64,000 nucleotides of DNA from Macrostomum lignano (taxonomy: Eukaryota), in NCBI GenBank assembly GCA_002269645.1, contig NIVC01002032.1, positions 1 through 64,000 on the forward strand, written 5' to 3'. Below, piece by piece: positions 20,987 through 33,804 of this stretch. Within the stretch, counting starts at the first letter, position 1. Each line of letters begins with the position of its first letter. Position numbers and translations under genes: made by a program. Below the pieces are notes generated by a model that saw nothing but the letters and a program-made list of their open reading frames with translations, ran no database searches and was not told the DNA's origin.

Positions 20987-21089
20987 CTAAGACAGACAGA
21001 CAGACACTAAGACAGACAGACAGACAGGCAGACACTAAGACAAACAGACAAACAGACAGACAGACACTAAGACAGACAGACAGACACTA

Positions 21090-21124
<35 letters not shown>

Positions 21125-21160
21125 AAGACACAAACACACACAGACACAGATACACAGACG

Positions 21161-21232
<72 letters not shown>

Positions 21233-21276
21233 CTAAGACACTAAGACAGACAGACAGACACACAGACAGACAGACA

Positions 21277-21325
<49 letters not shown>
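20870..21325. repeat. (GACA)n plus (CA)n compound microsatellite
   Basis: Direct reading. Confidence 0.95.
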
Positions 21326-21326
<1 letters not shown>

Positions 21327-22289
21327 TAGTGTGTGTGCTAAAACACAGAGACCTGAGAGCTGAAGTCGAGTCAATCAGACAGTGAGGTGTTCATTATAAA
21401 GGAGTCGCACGGGCAGGTGGCGGGAGTAGATATGAATAGAATATAAGGATAATTTATTTACTACACTCGGCCATAACTTGCATTGGCCCGAGAGCTTTGC
21501 ATTGCAAACACAAATCTCACGCATGATAAATTTATGAAATAAAAAAATTGTAAAATATATTGGCAATCAATGATGATGGTGCCAAAAAAACTGGAGTAAG
21601 TCAGGCGGGGTTATAGTAGTAGTAATATAATAACAATAATAATAATAAGAATATAAACGTTGGCCCATCAAAAAAGCGCTAAAAAGTACAAAACACACAC
21701 TTGGCCGAACAGGAAGAAGTGTACATCGCGCATGTACCACTGCTGAAACAGAAGATTTCAGATGATTTGGACTCATTAAGCCAGATTGGTTGAGGCGAAA
21801 CAAATGGATAGCAACAACATAAATAAGGATTATGTCAGGAATTGATTATAGTAACTTGAATTATTAAAACACAACCAAATATCAGCTATTTATTCATTCA
21901 GAAGTAAACGCGGAAAGACGTTAAAAGCAATTCTATAACCGTTTGCCAATATTGCGAATATTAAATTCAGTTTGGAAAAAACACAAAAACTGACTAGCCG
22001 TCCGCACTATACTACTGATTAACACTTGACCAGTAACAATGAAAGCTTTTTGATAATATAATTAAATAAAACTGTTATTAAAAAGGCAACCGGAAATGAA
22101 TAACAAGACTAGAAAAAATCATACGGTAATCATGCGTTTCATTTTTATTGCTATCAGCTGACGGTGGCATCAAAAACTATAGCGTGTCAGGCTAAGCATA
22201 AGCAAAACAGTGAATGGCAGACAGAGAAAGAAAGAAATGATAAGAAAATAAGTGAGACTTATTGAGAAATCAACAGAGTGACAGATGTT

Positions 22290-22710
22290 GGTCACAGTGT
22301 GACAGATTTGGACAGAAAGTGACATTGAGAAAGACAGATGAAGTCGGAGAGTGACAGTGAGGAGTGACAGTTAAGGTTAGAGAGTAACTGAGGAGTGACA
22401 GATTGTCCCAGAAAGTGACAGATGTGGCCAGAGATAGATTGACAGTGAGGAGTGACAGATAGGGTTAGAGAGTGACAGTGAGGAGTGACAGATGTGGTGA
22501 GAGAGTGACAGTGAGGAGTGACAGAAGTGGTGAGAGAGTGACAGTGAGGAGTGACAGATGTGGTCAGAGAGTGACAGTGAGGAGTGACAGAAGTGGTGAG
22601 AGAGTGACAGTGAGGAGTGACAGATGTGGTCAGAGAGTGACAGTGAGGAGTGACAGAAGTGGTGAGAGAGTGACAGTGAGTAGTGACAGATGTGGTCAGA
22701 GAGTACACAG
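22290..22710. repeat. 33-bp minisatellite (GAGAGTGACAGTGAGGAGTGACAGATGTGGTCA)n
   Basis: Direct reading. Confidence 0.92.
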
Positions 22711-23754
22711 AGAAGCAAGCAAACTGATAGCAAGCACAGGTGTGTACAAAAAGCTGGTGCTCATCTAAAAACAAACTCTGATAAAGCAGAAAAAGCTGTT
22801 GCTGTGTTTTGTTCAGAAGTCTGGTACAATTAACACAAATTAATATCTGTAGAAATGTTTGTCTCAGTCTCAAATATTATTTTGCAATCAGCAGGACATC
22901 AGAAATTGAATCGGAGAAAATATAAAACAGGATATTATCAAATGAATACTTACAGTATTAAACACTGGCTGGAGTATTTCGTTGACATAAAAGATCTATA
23001 CAAATGCATGAACTATACATAAATAAGTACAATACATGTATAAATAGCAGTTATAAAAAGCCAGATTGCTGCAGTTTAATAATCCAACTTTCATCCGCTT
23101 CTTATTCCGGTTGGCAGTCCGGTTTTCATCCGCTGATCGACCGGAGCAGGAATCGGACACAATCCGGATAAAATGTGATCAATAAAAACACTTTAATCCG
23201 GTTCTGCTCCGGAGTTTCCTCCGTTTGTTAGTCCGGTAAGAACTGCCGGATCAAAACCGGATAAAAATTCATTTTCGTCCGGAAAAGTCTAAAATTACGG
23301 ATTAAACCGGATGAAGGCCGGGTAAATACCGGGTACCGACAGCCAGGCGGGAATATAGTAAAAATGTTATAAAAAAGACACTGATAGCAAGGGATTATAA
23401 AAAATGGAAAAACAACTTGTGCCAGAGCGGCGGTAAAAAAGATGTATTTACATGATTTACATAAAAATGATGTACTTTAGTTACAGAGAGCCGACCGGAC
23501 TCCGAAAATGCGGTCGGGATGGAGTGCTGTAGCACGCTTTTCTACTGCCTGGGCGCATCAGCAGGCTGTGGGGTCAGGCAAGCACTCTACTTGATAAGTA
23601 GTATAAATAATTGCAAAAAACACAATAAAAATACAACAGGAAAATACCCACTGAAAACGGAAATTCAAAAAAGCAAAAGAACTGAATTGTTGAGCAAGTT
23701 AAAAATTAATTTTATGTAATATGAGTTATTGGACTAGTGGCCAAGCCTCAGGAG

Positions 23755-24120
23755 CTGGGAGGGTGGCAGATTAACAGCTGAGGAGGATCTGGGAAGGCAG
23801 ATTAACAGCTGAGGAGGATCTGGGAAGGCAGATTAACAGCTGAGGAGGATCTGGGAGGAAGGCAGATTAACAGCTGAGGAGGATCTGGGAGGGAGGCGGA
23901 TTAACAGCCGACGAGGATCTGGGAGGAAGGCAGATTAACAGCTGAGGAGGATCTGGGAGGGAGGCGGATTAACAGCCGACGAGGATCTGGGAGGAAGGCA
24001 GATTAACAGCTGAGGAGGATCTGGGGAGGCAGATTAACAGCTGAGGAGGATCTGGGGAGGCAGATTAACAGCTGAGGAGGATCTGGGAGGGAGGCGATTA
24101 ACAGCCGAGGAGGATCTGGG
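23755..24120. repeat. 30-35-bp minisatellite (GGCAGATTAACAGCTGAGGAGGATCTGGGA)n downstream of the MAP3K1 stop
   Basis: Direct reading. Confidence 0.93.
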
Positions 24121-24274
24121 CAGGTGGCGGCCAACTCAGACAATGATAAAAAAGCAACAAAAAACCGGGGGATAAACTGCACGAAGAACTATAAACAATG
24201 AGAAGTGGAAAAGCCAAACAGATTACGCAGAAACTCTCCTATCTACCTACTAACAGTAACATAATAAGGCAGAA

Positions 24275-27200
24275 TCAAACTCGCCGCCCCTCAGGCCGGG
24301 CAGTCAGAGCCGGGTAGTGAGTGAAAAGCGGGTGCTGCAGCAGCTCCTTAGCCGATGGCCGATTGAACGGAATGGGGTCAACACAGCGCAGAAGGACATC
24401 CCGCAGGCCCGGATGCATATTGTCCGGCAGAGGCGGAGGGTCGCTGGAGCTGGCGATATGGTAGATCAGAGCCAGATGATTGCTGAGATCCGGCATGTCC
24501 CAAGGCGGCTTGGTGGTCACCATCTCGATGATGACGCAGCCAACTGACCAGATGTCGCAGCTGCGGCCGTAGTTCTCGCCCCGCAGCACCTCCGGGGCCA
24601 TGAAGGCGATGGTGCCAAGCAGTTGACCTTTGAACTCGCCGGCCCCGGTCATGTGACTGGCTAATCGGCCGGCCGCGCCGAAATCGGCAATTCGAACTTG
24701 ACGACCGCTGCTGCTGACCAGCAGGTTGGCGCCTTTGAGGTCGCGGTGCAGTATCTGCTGGTTGTGCAGGTAGGCCAGGCCGCGTAGCACCTGGCGGGGG
24801 ATGAAGAAGGGGCGGAATCCGGCTTGGCTTGTTGGTACTGGCAGTGTCCGTACTTTTTTACCTAGCAACGCTCAATCTAGCTTAGTAACAGTTCGATAGC
24901 CTAGCAACGAAAACCATTGCTTAGCAACGGAAACCGTAGCCTAGCAAAGGAAACCATAGCCTAGCAACGAAAAGCAAAGCCTAGCAACGGAAACCATAGC
25001 CTAGCAACGGAAACCAAAGCCTAGCAACGGACACCATAGCCTAGCAACGGAAACAATAGCCTAGCAACGGAAACAATAGCCTAGCAACGGAAACCAAAGC
25101 CTAGCAACGGAAACCATAGCCTAGCAACGGAAACCAAAGCCTAGCAACGGACACCATAGCCTAGCAACGGAAACCATAGCCTAGCAACGGATACTGCAGC
25201 TTAGCAACGGAAACCATAGCCTAGCAACGGAAGGCGTAACATAAGAGAATGGAATCTATAACCTAACAACAGAAAACGTAGCCTAGCAACAGAGACTATT
25301 ACCTAGCAACGGTAACCGTAGCCCAGCAACAATGATAACACAATAAAAATCACTAGCAATCAAGCACAAACAGCCACTTGCCTGTTGAATATAAGACGAT
25401 ATAACCGGTTCACTAAACGGGCCAAACCGGTTGAGCAGGGCAGACACGGAGCCGCCGGGCATCCACTCCACGAACATGCAGAACCGATCTCTGGTCATGG
25501 TGGCCCCAAGAATTCGAACCAGATTCTGGTGTCTCAGCCGGGTCATCAGTTCCACTTCCTCTTGAACAGCTTCAATAACTTCATGCTGCTCCTGATCGCA
25601 GTTGCGCACCAATGAGATCTCCTTGACAGCCATGAGAACTCCGGTCCGCTTGTCCCTGGCCTGATAGCAGGTGGCGAATGCGCCTAGGCCAATCTGCGCG
25701 CCTCGAACCCAGTGCTCGCCTTCCGAATAGGCCGTCTTAGTAACCAGGTGAGGCGATGGCGTTAAGCCGGGTATTACCGGTAGTTCCTCGCTCCAGCCGT
25801 AGAGCCAGTTGTTGCTATCGGCCTGGTGATGATGCGGATGGTGATGATGATGGGAAGTCACGTCAACCACGCCGCCGCAGGTCGAAGATGATGGAGTCGG
25901 CGAAGGCTCCGGATCTGGGAGCGGCTGAGGCGTGGAAGTCTGCTGTTGCTGCTGCTGCTGTTGTTGCTGCTGCTGCTGCATCATGAGCTGCTGACGATGC
26001 TCAGTCTGCCTACGTCCGCCAGATTTGGCGCAGAAAATCTCAGGTGTATAATCCTGATTAGTGAAATGCCGGCACACCTGGGCGCTAAACGAGATTAAGT
26101 CTTCTTCAACCTCCGTATCTGTGTCACCGTCTTCTTCTGTTCGACTTTTCTGCTTCAGTTTCTGCTTTTGCTGCTGTTGCTGATGCTGGTGTTGATGCTG
26201 ATGCTGATCAGCCTCTGATGAAGAGTCATCGACAAGCGAACCGACAGGAGCTGTTGAAGGCCGCTGAGGTGGCGGTGGCGGCGGTGGTGGCAGCGACTGC
26301 TGAGTTTGCTGTTGCTGCTGCTGCTGCTGCGGATGTGGCGGAGGCGGAGGAGGCGGCGGAAACGACGGTGGAGGCGGCATCTGCTGCTTTTGCTGTTGCT
26401 GCTGCTGCTGCTGCACAGGGCGAACAATGGCAGAATTCTGGCGACTAACAGTTCGCGGAGGCGGCAGAGGCGGAGCCGTGTCCGTTGCTGCTGTTGTTGC
26501 TGCAGAAGAAGAGTGATGATGCTGGCGTTGTCTCTGCTGCTGCTGCTGCTGATGGGCTGGGGATCTTGGAAAATCGTAGGCTGGTTCAGGCTGGCCCAAT
26601 GCTAGCCGATGGTTCATGTGCCTGCGGTGCGGTGGTCACGTGATGTGCTGGCTCGTTATGCTGGTTACGATATAAATATTTATTAATATGTCCACTCAGA
26701 TGGACTCTTCAAAACCTCTCCAAGAACTGATACTAGACCTGGAACTAAACTGAGTTGACACTAGAACTGACATTACACATGACACTAGACCTGACACTCG
26801 ACTTGACACTAAACCTGACACTATAACTGATACTAGACTTGAAACTAGACCTGACAGTAAAACTGACACTAGAACAGACACTAGAAGTGACACTAAAGCT
26901 GACACTAGAACTGACACTAAAGCTGACACTAGAACTGACGCTAGACCTGACACTAGACTTGACACTAGAAATGATACACTAGACCTGACACTTAACCTGA
27001 CACTCGACCTGGCACTAGATGAGACACTCGAATTGACACTAGATCTGACACTAGACCTGGCACTAGACCTGACATAACCTGACACTAGATGGGACATTCG
27101 ACTTGTCACTAGACCTGACACTAGACCTGACACTAGATCTGACACTAGACCTCTGACCTGACACTAGACCTGACACTAGACTTGACACTAGAAATGACAC

Positions 27201-30200
27201 ACTAGACCTGACACTTAACCTGACACTCGACCTGACACTAGATGAGACACTCGACCTGACACTAGATGAGACACTCGAATTGACACTAGATCTGACACTA
27301 GATCTGACACTAGACCTGGCACTAGACCTGACATAACCTGACACTAGATGAGACACTCGACTTGTTACTAGACCTGACACTAGATCTGACACTAGACCTC
27401 TGACCTGACTAGACCTGACACTATACGACACTAACGTAGAACTGACACTACAGTTGACACTAGAACTGACACTTCAATTAGGTCTCAAAGAAGCCGAATC
27501 TCACCGGTACACAGCGCTGAACTCGCTCCGGATGAGCTCCAGCCTGCGCAGCATCTTCTGCCTGACGCTGGCATCTTCAATGCTTCTAACAAGTCGTTCG
27601 GCCTCCTGAGCACAGTCTGACAGGTGAGCAACCTGACGAGCGCCTAACACAAACACTCTGCCAGCCATTTTGCTAATCCTAGGCTGCTGAGAATTGAGCG
27701 CGGTGACAGCAAACCGCAGGATGCCAAATAGTCTTATCCTGGCCTTACAGGAGGTCTCGTGCACAGTGAAATGCCCGGGAAATGAGTCCAAAAGTCGGTC
27801 TAGTAGAAGCAGACGGCCTAATAGCCACTGCCAAGAGACTCGAGAGAGGCAATATTCGGACACGATGCACTCCAGTAGGAAGAGTACACCCCATGGCCCG
27901 GGCTCCTGCAAGTAGGTAAATTTAGACTTTAATTAAATCTTAATTCGTAACCTACTTTTTTCAGTAGCAAAATTAGCGTTTTTGCCTATACAATAGTAGT
28001 ATCATTAAATTAGCGTATTCATCCTTTTTGTGCATGACGAGCAAGAGAGAAGAGGGCTGGCGCCCCAGCCAGGCCGATAAACAGTTTGGCTTTCCTCTTG
28101 CCGCTTGTCTGACTGCCCTCTTTCTTACTGCTCTCTCATTGGCTGAGCCAGATTGGGCCTGCCCAACCCCCTGGGCTGAGCTTCGTCCGTCTAACTTTGA
28201 CCTCTCTCCTTACTGCTCTCTCATTGGCTGAGCCAGATTGGGCCTGCCCCACCCCCTGGGCTGAGCTTCGTCCGTCTAACTTTGACCTCTCTCCTTACTG
28301 CTCTCTCATTGGCTGAGCCAGATTGGGCCTGCCCCACCCCCTGGGCTGAGCTTCGTCCGTCTAACTTTGACCTCTCTCCTTACTGCTCTCTCATTGGCTG
28401 AGCTAGATTGGGCATGCCCTTCCAGGCTGAGTTTAGTCCGTTGTGTACATCGAGTAAAATGCTTGTTGTTCATTTTAAATCTTAATACGCTCGTATGCAC
28501 CTGAGGCCGCCAACCAAGGAAGGAAATAACTTTTTTGGCTGTAAGTAAATTCAAACGACACTGCGCAGACAAACTACTGAAAAGAGTAGGTAGACGCTTC
28601 GCTTTTTCACAACTTTCATTGCAAGTGATATTATTGACTATTCTACATGTACTATATAGACTACCTTAATCAAATGAAAAGTAGGCAGGTAGCGAATTTT
28701 ATCAACTTAATATGATAGGCAGCTAAGCATTACCCCAGGATGCGTCACTCCGCCACCTCGACAGCCGCCGACGCCGCCGCAAACCCCGCCGACGTCACCG
28801 CCGGTGCCGCCGCCTCCGCCGCCCCCGGCAACAGAAGCGACAGCCGCAGCTACAGGATTCGGTCGGAGAGCGCTGCCAATAGCCAGACAGCCGGCGTGAT
28901 TCTTAGCTAATTCGACCAGATTGAACAGGGCCAACTGGGTGACCCGCTGGTGCCTGTCTGAGCACCGGTTGAGCAGAGTCTCAACTAGAGGCCTAGCGCT
29001 AGTCTGCAATCGGGTATAGCTCTGCCTATTGCAAGGCAGATGAATAAACAGATTTCGCATCAGATTCACGGCGGCGTAGAACACTTTGTACTCTTCATCT
29101 TTGCAGGCGTGCACCAGTACGCTGATGGTTGGGGCAAACACCTGCAGCTGGTCCAGGTCCAGGTTAGCGGACGAGCGCAGTTCCATTAGGCGCGATACGA
29201 CCAGATCGTTGACAAATTTTAAACCAAGCTCGCGTTGACCGGCTCGGCTTGAGAATAGAAATTTCACTGTGCTGTCGCCGAATACCTGCGGGTTGGGGTG
29301 GGATGGGGAGTTTGGGACTTGTGACTAGTTGGGATCGGGAGTTTGGAACTGTGGCTAGTTGGGATCGGGAGTTTGGAACTGTGGCTAGTTGGGATCGGGA
29401 GTTTGGAACTGTGGCTAGTTGGGATCGGGAGTTTGGAACTGTGGCTAGTTGGGATCGGGAGTTTGGAACTGTGGCTAGTTGGGATCGGGAGTTTGGAACT
29501 GTGGCTAGTTGGGATCGGGAGTTTGGAACTGTGGCTAGTTGGGATCGGGAGTTTGGAACTGTGGCTAGTTGGGATCGGGAGTTTGGAACTGTGGCTAGTT
29601 GGGATCGGGAGTTTGGAACTGTGGCTAGTTGGGATCGGGAGTTTGGAACTGTGGCTAGTTGGGATCGGGAGTTTGGAACTGTGGCTAGTTGGGATCGGGA
29701 GTTTGGAACTGTGGCTAGTTGGGATCGGGAGTTTGGAACTGTGGCTAGTTGGGATCGGGAGTTTGGAACTGTGGCTAGTTGGGATCGGGAGTTTGGAACT
29801 GTGGCTAGTTGGGATCGGGAGTTTGGAACTGTGGCTAGTTGGGATCGGGAGTTTGGAACTGTGGCTAGTTGGGATCGGGAGTTTGGAACTGTGGCTAGTC
29901 GGGATCTAGCGAGAGTTTGGGACTTGTGAGTAGCTGGGATCAGGAGTTTTGGACTTGTGACTAGTTGGAATCGGGAATTTGGGATTGTGAATAGTTTGGG
30001 ATTGGGATCGTTTGGGACTTGTGACTAGGTGAGAGATCGGGATCGTTTGGAACTTGTGACTAGGTGAGAGATCGAAATCATTTGGGACTTATGACTAGGT
30101 GAGAGATCGGGATCATTTGGGACTTGTGACTAGCTGGGATCAGGAGTTTGGGATTGTGACTAGATGGGATCCGGAGTTTGGGACTTGTGACTAGCTGGGA

Positions 30201-33200
30201 TCGGGAGTTTGGGATTGTGACTAGTTGGGATCCGGAGTTTGGGACTTGTGACTAATTGGGATCGGGATTGGTTGGGACCTGTGACTAGTTGGGATCGGGA
30301 TCGTTTGGGACTTGTGACTAGTTGGGATCGGCATTAGTTGGGACTTGTGACTAGTTAGAATCGGAAGTTTGGAACTCGGGACTAGTTGGGATCCGGAGTT
30401 TGGGATTGTGACTAGTTTGGGATCGGGATCGTTTGGGACTTGTGACTAGTTTGGGATCGGGATCGTTTAGGACTTGTGACTAGTTTGGGATCGGGATCGT
30501 TTGGGACTTGTGACTAGTTTGGGATCGGGATCGTTTGGGACTAATCGATTCGTACTGCATGGGATTTTATCTCACCGAAATCCAGCACTTGGAAGTCTCC
30601 TTGTGCGACTCCGGTATCGACTCGGTGTCGGAGAACGAGTCGACAACAAAATCGACATTGATTTCGCCGGACACGGCCGACAGGTTTTTGCGATTGGCCG
30701 GCCACTGGCTGCGGCACAGCGGGCAGATCAGCGGGTCGCCGTGCGCATTGCGCTCCTCGAACCCTGCGGGTGGGCGGTGCGGCTTGGGGATTAGGGAATG
30801 GCTTGTCCACTGGCTTGCTGCTGGTTGGAGTGGGCGCTTTGGCAGTTGGGTTGGGTTGGTGGTGGTCTCAGGTGTTCAAACTTGCGGGTTGAATAGGTTT
30901 TGGGTGGGGTAGGTTTTGGGTGGTGCAGGTTGCGGGTGGTGCAGGTTGCGGGTGGTGCAGGTTTTGGATGGGGTAGGTTTTGGGTGGTGCAGGTTGCGGG
31001 TGGTGTAGGTTGCGGGTGGTGTAGGTTGCAGGTGGTGTAGGTTGCAGGTGGTGCAGGTTGCGGGTGGTGCAGGTTTTGGATGGTGCAGGTTGCGGGTGGT
31101 GTAGGTTGCGGGTGGTGTAGGTTGCAGGTGGTGCAGGTTGCGGGTGGTGCAGGTTGCGGGTGGTGCAGGTTGCGGGTGGTGCAGGTTGCGGGTGGTGTAG
31201 GTTGCGGGTGGTGTAGGTTGCGGGTGGCGTAGGTTGTGGGTGGTGTAGGTTGCGGGTGGTGTAGGTTGTGGGATGGTGTAGGTTTCGGGTGGTGTAGGTT
31301 GTGGGTGGTGCAGATTGCGGGTGGTACAGGTTGCGGGTGGTGCAGGTTGTGGGTGGTGCAGATTGCGGGTGGTACAGGTTGCGGGTGGTGCAGGTTGTGG
31401 GTGGTGCAGGTTGCGGGTGGTGCAGGTTGCGGGTGTAGGTTTCGGGGCAACTGCTGAGATTGGAAAAAAGGCACACTACTCACAGATCATGAGGCAGTGA
31501 TGATGGAAGTAGTTCTGGCAGCCGAACTGGCACTGGACCAAGCTGTCTGAGACGGTCATTTTTAGCAGACAAATCGAGCACGTGTTTTGGTCTTCGTCTT
31601 CGATGAAGCTGCAGTTTTGGAAACCGGAATTTCAAAGCTAGTAGGGTTTTCACAATGACAGAAGCAATGATATTAACTAATGATGCAACATAGAAACCAT
31701 TGATGATGAAAGGATGCTGGGTTGAGGATGAAGCAATGATAGACTGAGATGCTGACAGAGAATGGGCTGAGTCGATGATGGAAAACAGAGTCTAAGCCGA
31801 CGATGAAGAACAGAGCCTGGGCCGATGATGGAGAAGAGACTGAGCAGATGATGGAGAACAGAGGCTGAGCCGATGGAGAAGAGGCTGAGTTGATGATTGA
31901 GAACAGAGGCTGAGTCAATGATGGAGAACAGAGGCTGGATTGACGTTTCAGAGCGGAAGAGGCTGAGCCAAGCAGGGCAATAACAGCCACAGAGCGGGTA
32001 GCCAGCTCACCATTCGTCCTTTTGCACAACTTCATCAACCGAAGTATTAGTGGACCGGCTATCCCTAAAGCTCGGCCGCTTCTTGCACTTGGCCTTTTCC
32101 CGTTCGTGATAATTCTGAAACAGGCCTTCAACTTCGTAGTTCTTCAAATCGCGCGCCCATATCAATGGATTGTTTTGTTTTAATTTGAACACGCGCAGCA
32201 TAACAAACAGGATGTGGACGCAGTTGGGCGGACCCCGGCCGCACGTGCAGGTCTGCGAGCCGATGATCACCCGGTACTTGCTGGACAGATTGTCGTCACC
32301 GACTAGGAAAGAATTGGGGCCCGGCTGCTGCAGCAGGTACAGCTTAATTCGCATTGCTTTGGCCAGCCGCCTGCTCGCATCCTGTGGCACTTCAAATGGA
32401 GGCGACGGATTGCCGCCGCCTCCGCCGCCTCCGCTGCCGCCGCCGGAGCTACGACGACCGACGCTGCCGTCGCCTCCAGTGGCAGAGCCTCCAGTCGTAG
32501 CAGCGTTAGCAGCAGTAGCGGCACTGTTAGCGGCAGTCGAGTCGACAGGCGACACGCCGCTTCGTTTCCGAGCCCGAATGCTGCTGCCGCCGCTGTCGCC
32601 AGCTGATTCGGAGCCCTTGGCGTTGCCGCTAGCGAGGGCCGCCGACGATTGCGACGACGATAGAAATGGCCGGCGGAAACTCTGCTCGGTGAAGCAATTT
32701 TACGAGTATAATATCATATTATATAGGCACAAATGTTTTACTGCCTACTTGTAGTAGATGCTGAGCATGTGAAACTTTTTATACAGGTAAAAATTAACGC
32801 GTTTAGTTCTACTTATAGTGAAGTCTATATTTCTATCTCCCTCTCTACTCCCCTATCTCCCTCTCTGCTCCCCTAACTCCCTCTCTGCTCCCCTATGTCC
32901 CTATCCACTCTCCTATCTACCTCTCTACCCCCTATCTTCCTCTCTACCTCCTATCTTCCTCTCTACTTCCCTATCTTCCTATCCACTCTCCTATCTACCT
33001 CTCTACTCTCCTATCTCCCTATCCACTCTCTATCTACCTCTCTACCCACTATCTACTTCTCTACCCCCTATCTTCCTCTCTGCTCCCCTATCTCCCCCTC
33101 TGCTCTATCTCCCTATCTACCCCCATCTCCCTTTCTGCCCCCTTTCTTCCTCTCTGCACCCAATACCTCAGCTCAGTCGCAAAAAATACCCCTCTCCCTG

Positions 33201-33634
33201 AGTTGTCAAGCACGCCGCTACTCACGAAGAGTCTACCGCGGGAGGAGCTTCGCTCCTTGGCTCGGCCGCCGCCACCGCCGCCTCCGCTGCCTGTGCCAGC
33301 TCCGCCACTGCCGCCGCCACCAGAGCTGTTGCCTTTCAGCTTGGATTTCGACAAGTCGCTCAAATCGCAACTGGACTTGCTCATTCGACTGTTGGGCACG
33401 CTGTGAAAAAGGGGGAGAAAAGTCGCATATCGATTGAGAAATAGAGCAAGCACAGTTCAAAGCAGTCAATTTTGAAATGGAATTCATGTTTTGGACTCAC
33501 CTTGCGCATCTTTCGGATTCACCGTCGGCAGTTCCGTCCTCGCCGCCGCCACTGCCGCTGCCAGACACGGGCGGTTTCACCACTGTATGCCGTCTGGACC
33601 TGGCAACTACCAGCTTCTTCAGGCGGGACTCCAT
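24275..33634 (-). CDS. MAP3K1: MAP3K1/MEKK1 ortholog (SWIM, RING/PHD, TOG-like helical region, Ser/Thr kinase). 9 exons: 33634-33501, 33400-33226, 32681-32011, 31608-31484, 30763-30576, 29285-28734, 27905-27505, 26621-25382, 24790-24275
   Basis: All junctions are phase-compatible. SWIM: [12 protein letters not shown]...[27 protein letters not shown]: CSICLLKM...[17 protein letters not shown]...[11 protein letters not shown]. Also VFG..FLFSSR and [15 protein letters not shown]. Kinase motifs [26 protein letters not shown] and APE are intact. Confidence 0.95.
24860..25340. repeat. 20-bp minisatellite (CCTAGCAACGGAAACCATAG)n in MAP3K1 intron 8
   Basis: Direct reading. Confidence 0.95.
26745..27470. 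repeat. 12-bp minisatellite (ACACTAGACCTG)n in MAP3K1 intron 7
   Basis: Direct reading. Confidence 0.93.
28130..28420. repeat. About 81-bp tandem repeat, about 3.5 copies, in MAP3K1 intron 6
   Basis: CTCTCTCATTGGCTGAGCCAGATTGGGCCTGCCC... repeated. Confidence 0.93.
29320..30540. repeat. 30-bp minisatellite (GTTTGGAACTGTGGCTAGTTGGGATCGGGA)n, perfect to about 29900 then diverged
   Basis: About 19 identical copies followed by degenerate copies, in MAP3K1 intron 5. Confidence 0.97.
30890..31440. repeat. G-rich 17-18-bp minisatellite (GGGTGGTGCAGGTTGC)n in MAP3K1 intron 4
   Basis: Direct reading. Confidence 0.93.
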
Positions 33635-33804
33635 TGGCGCGCTTTAATCTGCTAATCTGCTTGTTGATTTGTCTAGCATTAATGATAACAGTTTGGAGTA
33701 ATTGGCTATCAATCAGGATTGGCTGGGTGGAGACTGCTGAGCACGGTTGGGCGGCAGTGGTGCGTACAGGAACCGCGGCATGAATGCAACAGGTGGGGCT
33801 TGTA

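Noticed and set aside
29320-29900. CRISPR-like array of identical 30-bp repeats
   Set aside because: Units are contiguous with no spacers, the context is a eukaryotic intron, and there are no cas genes.
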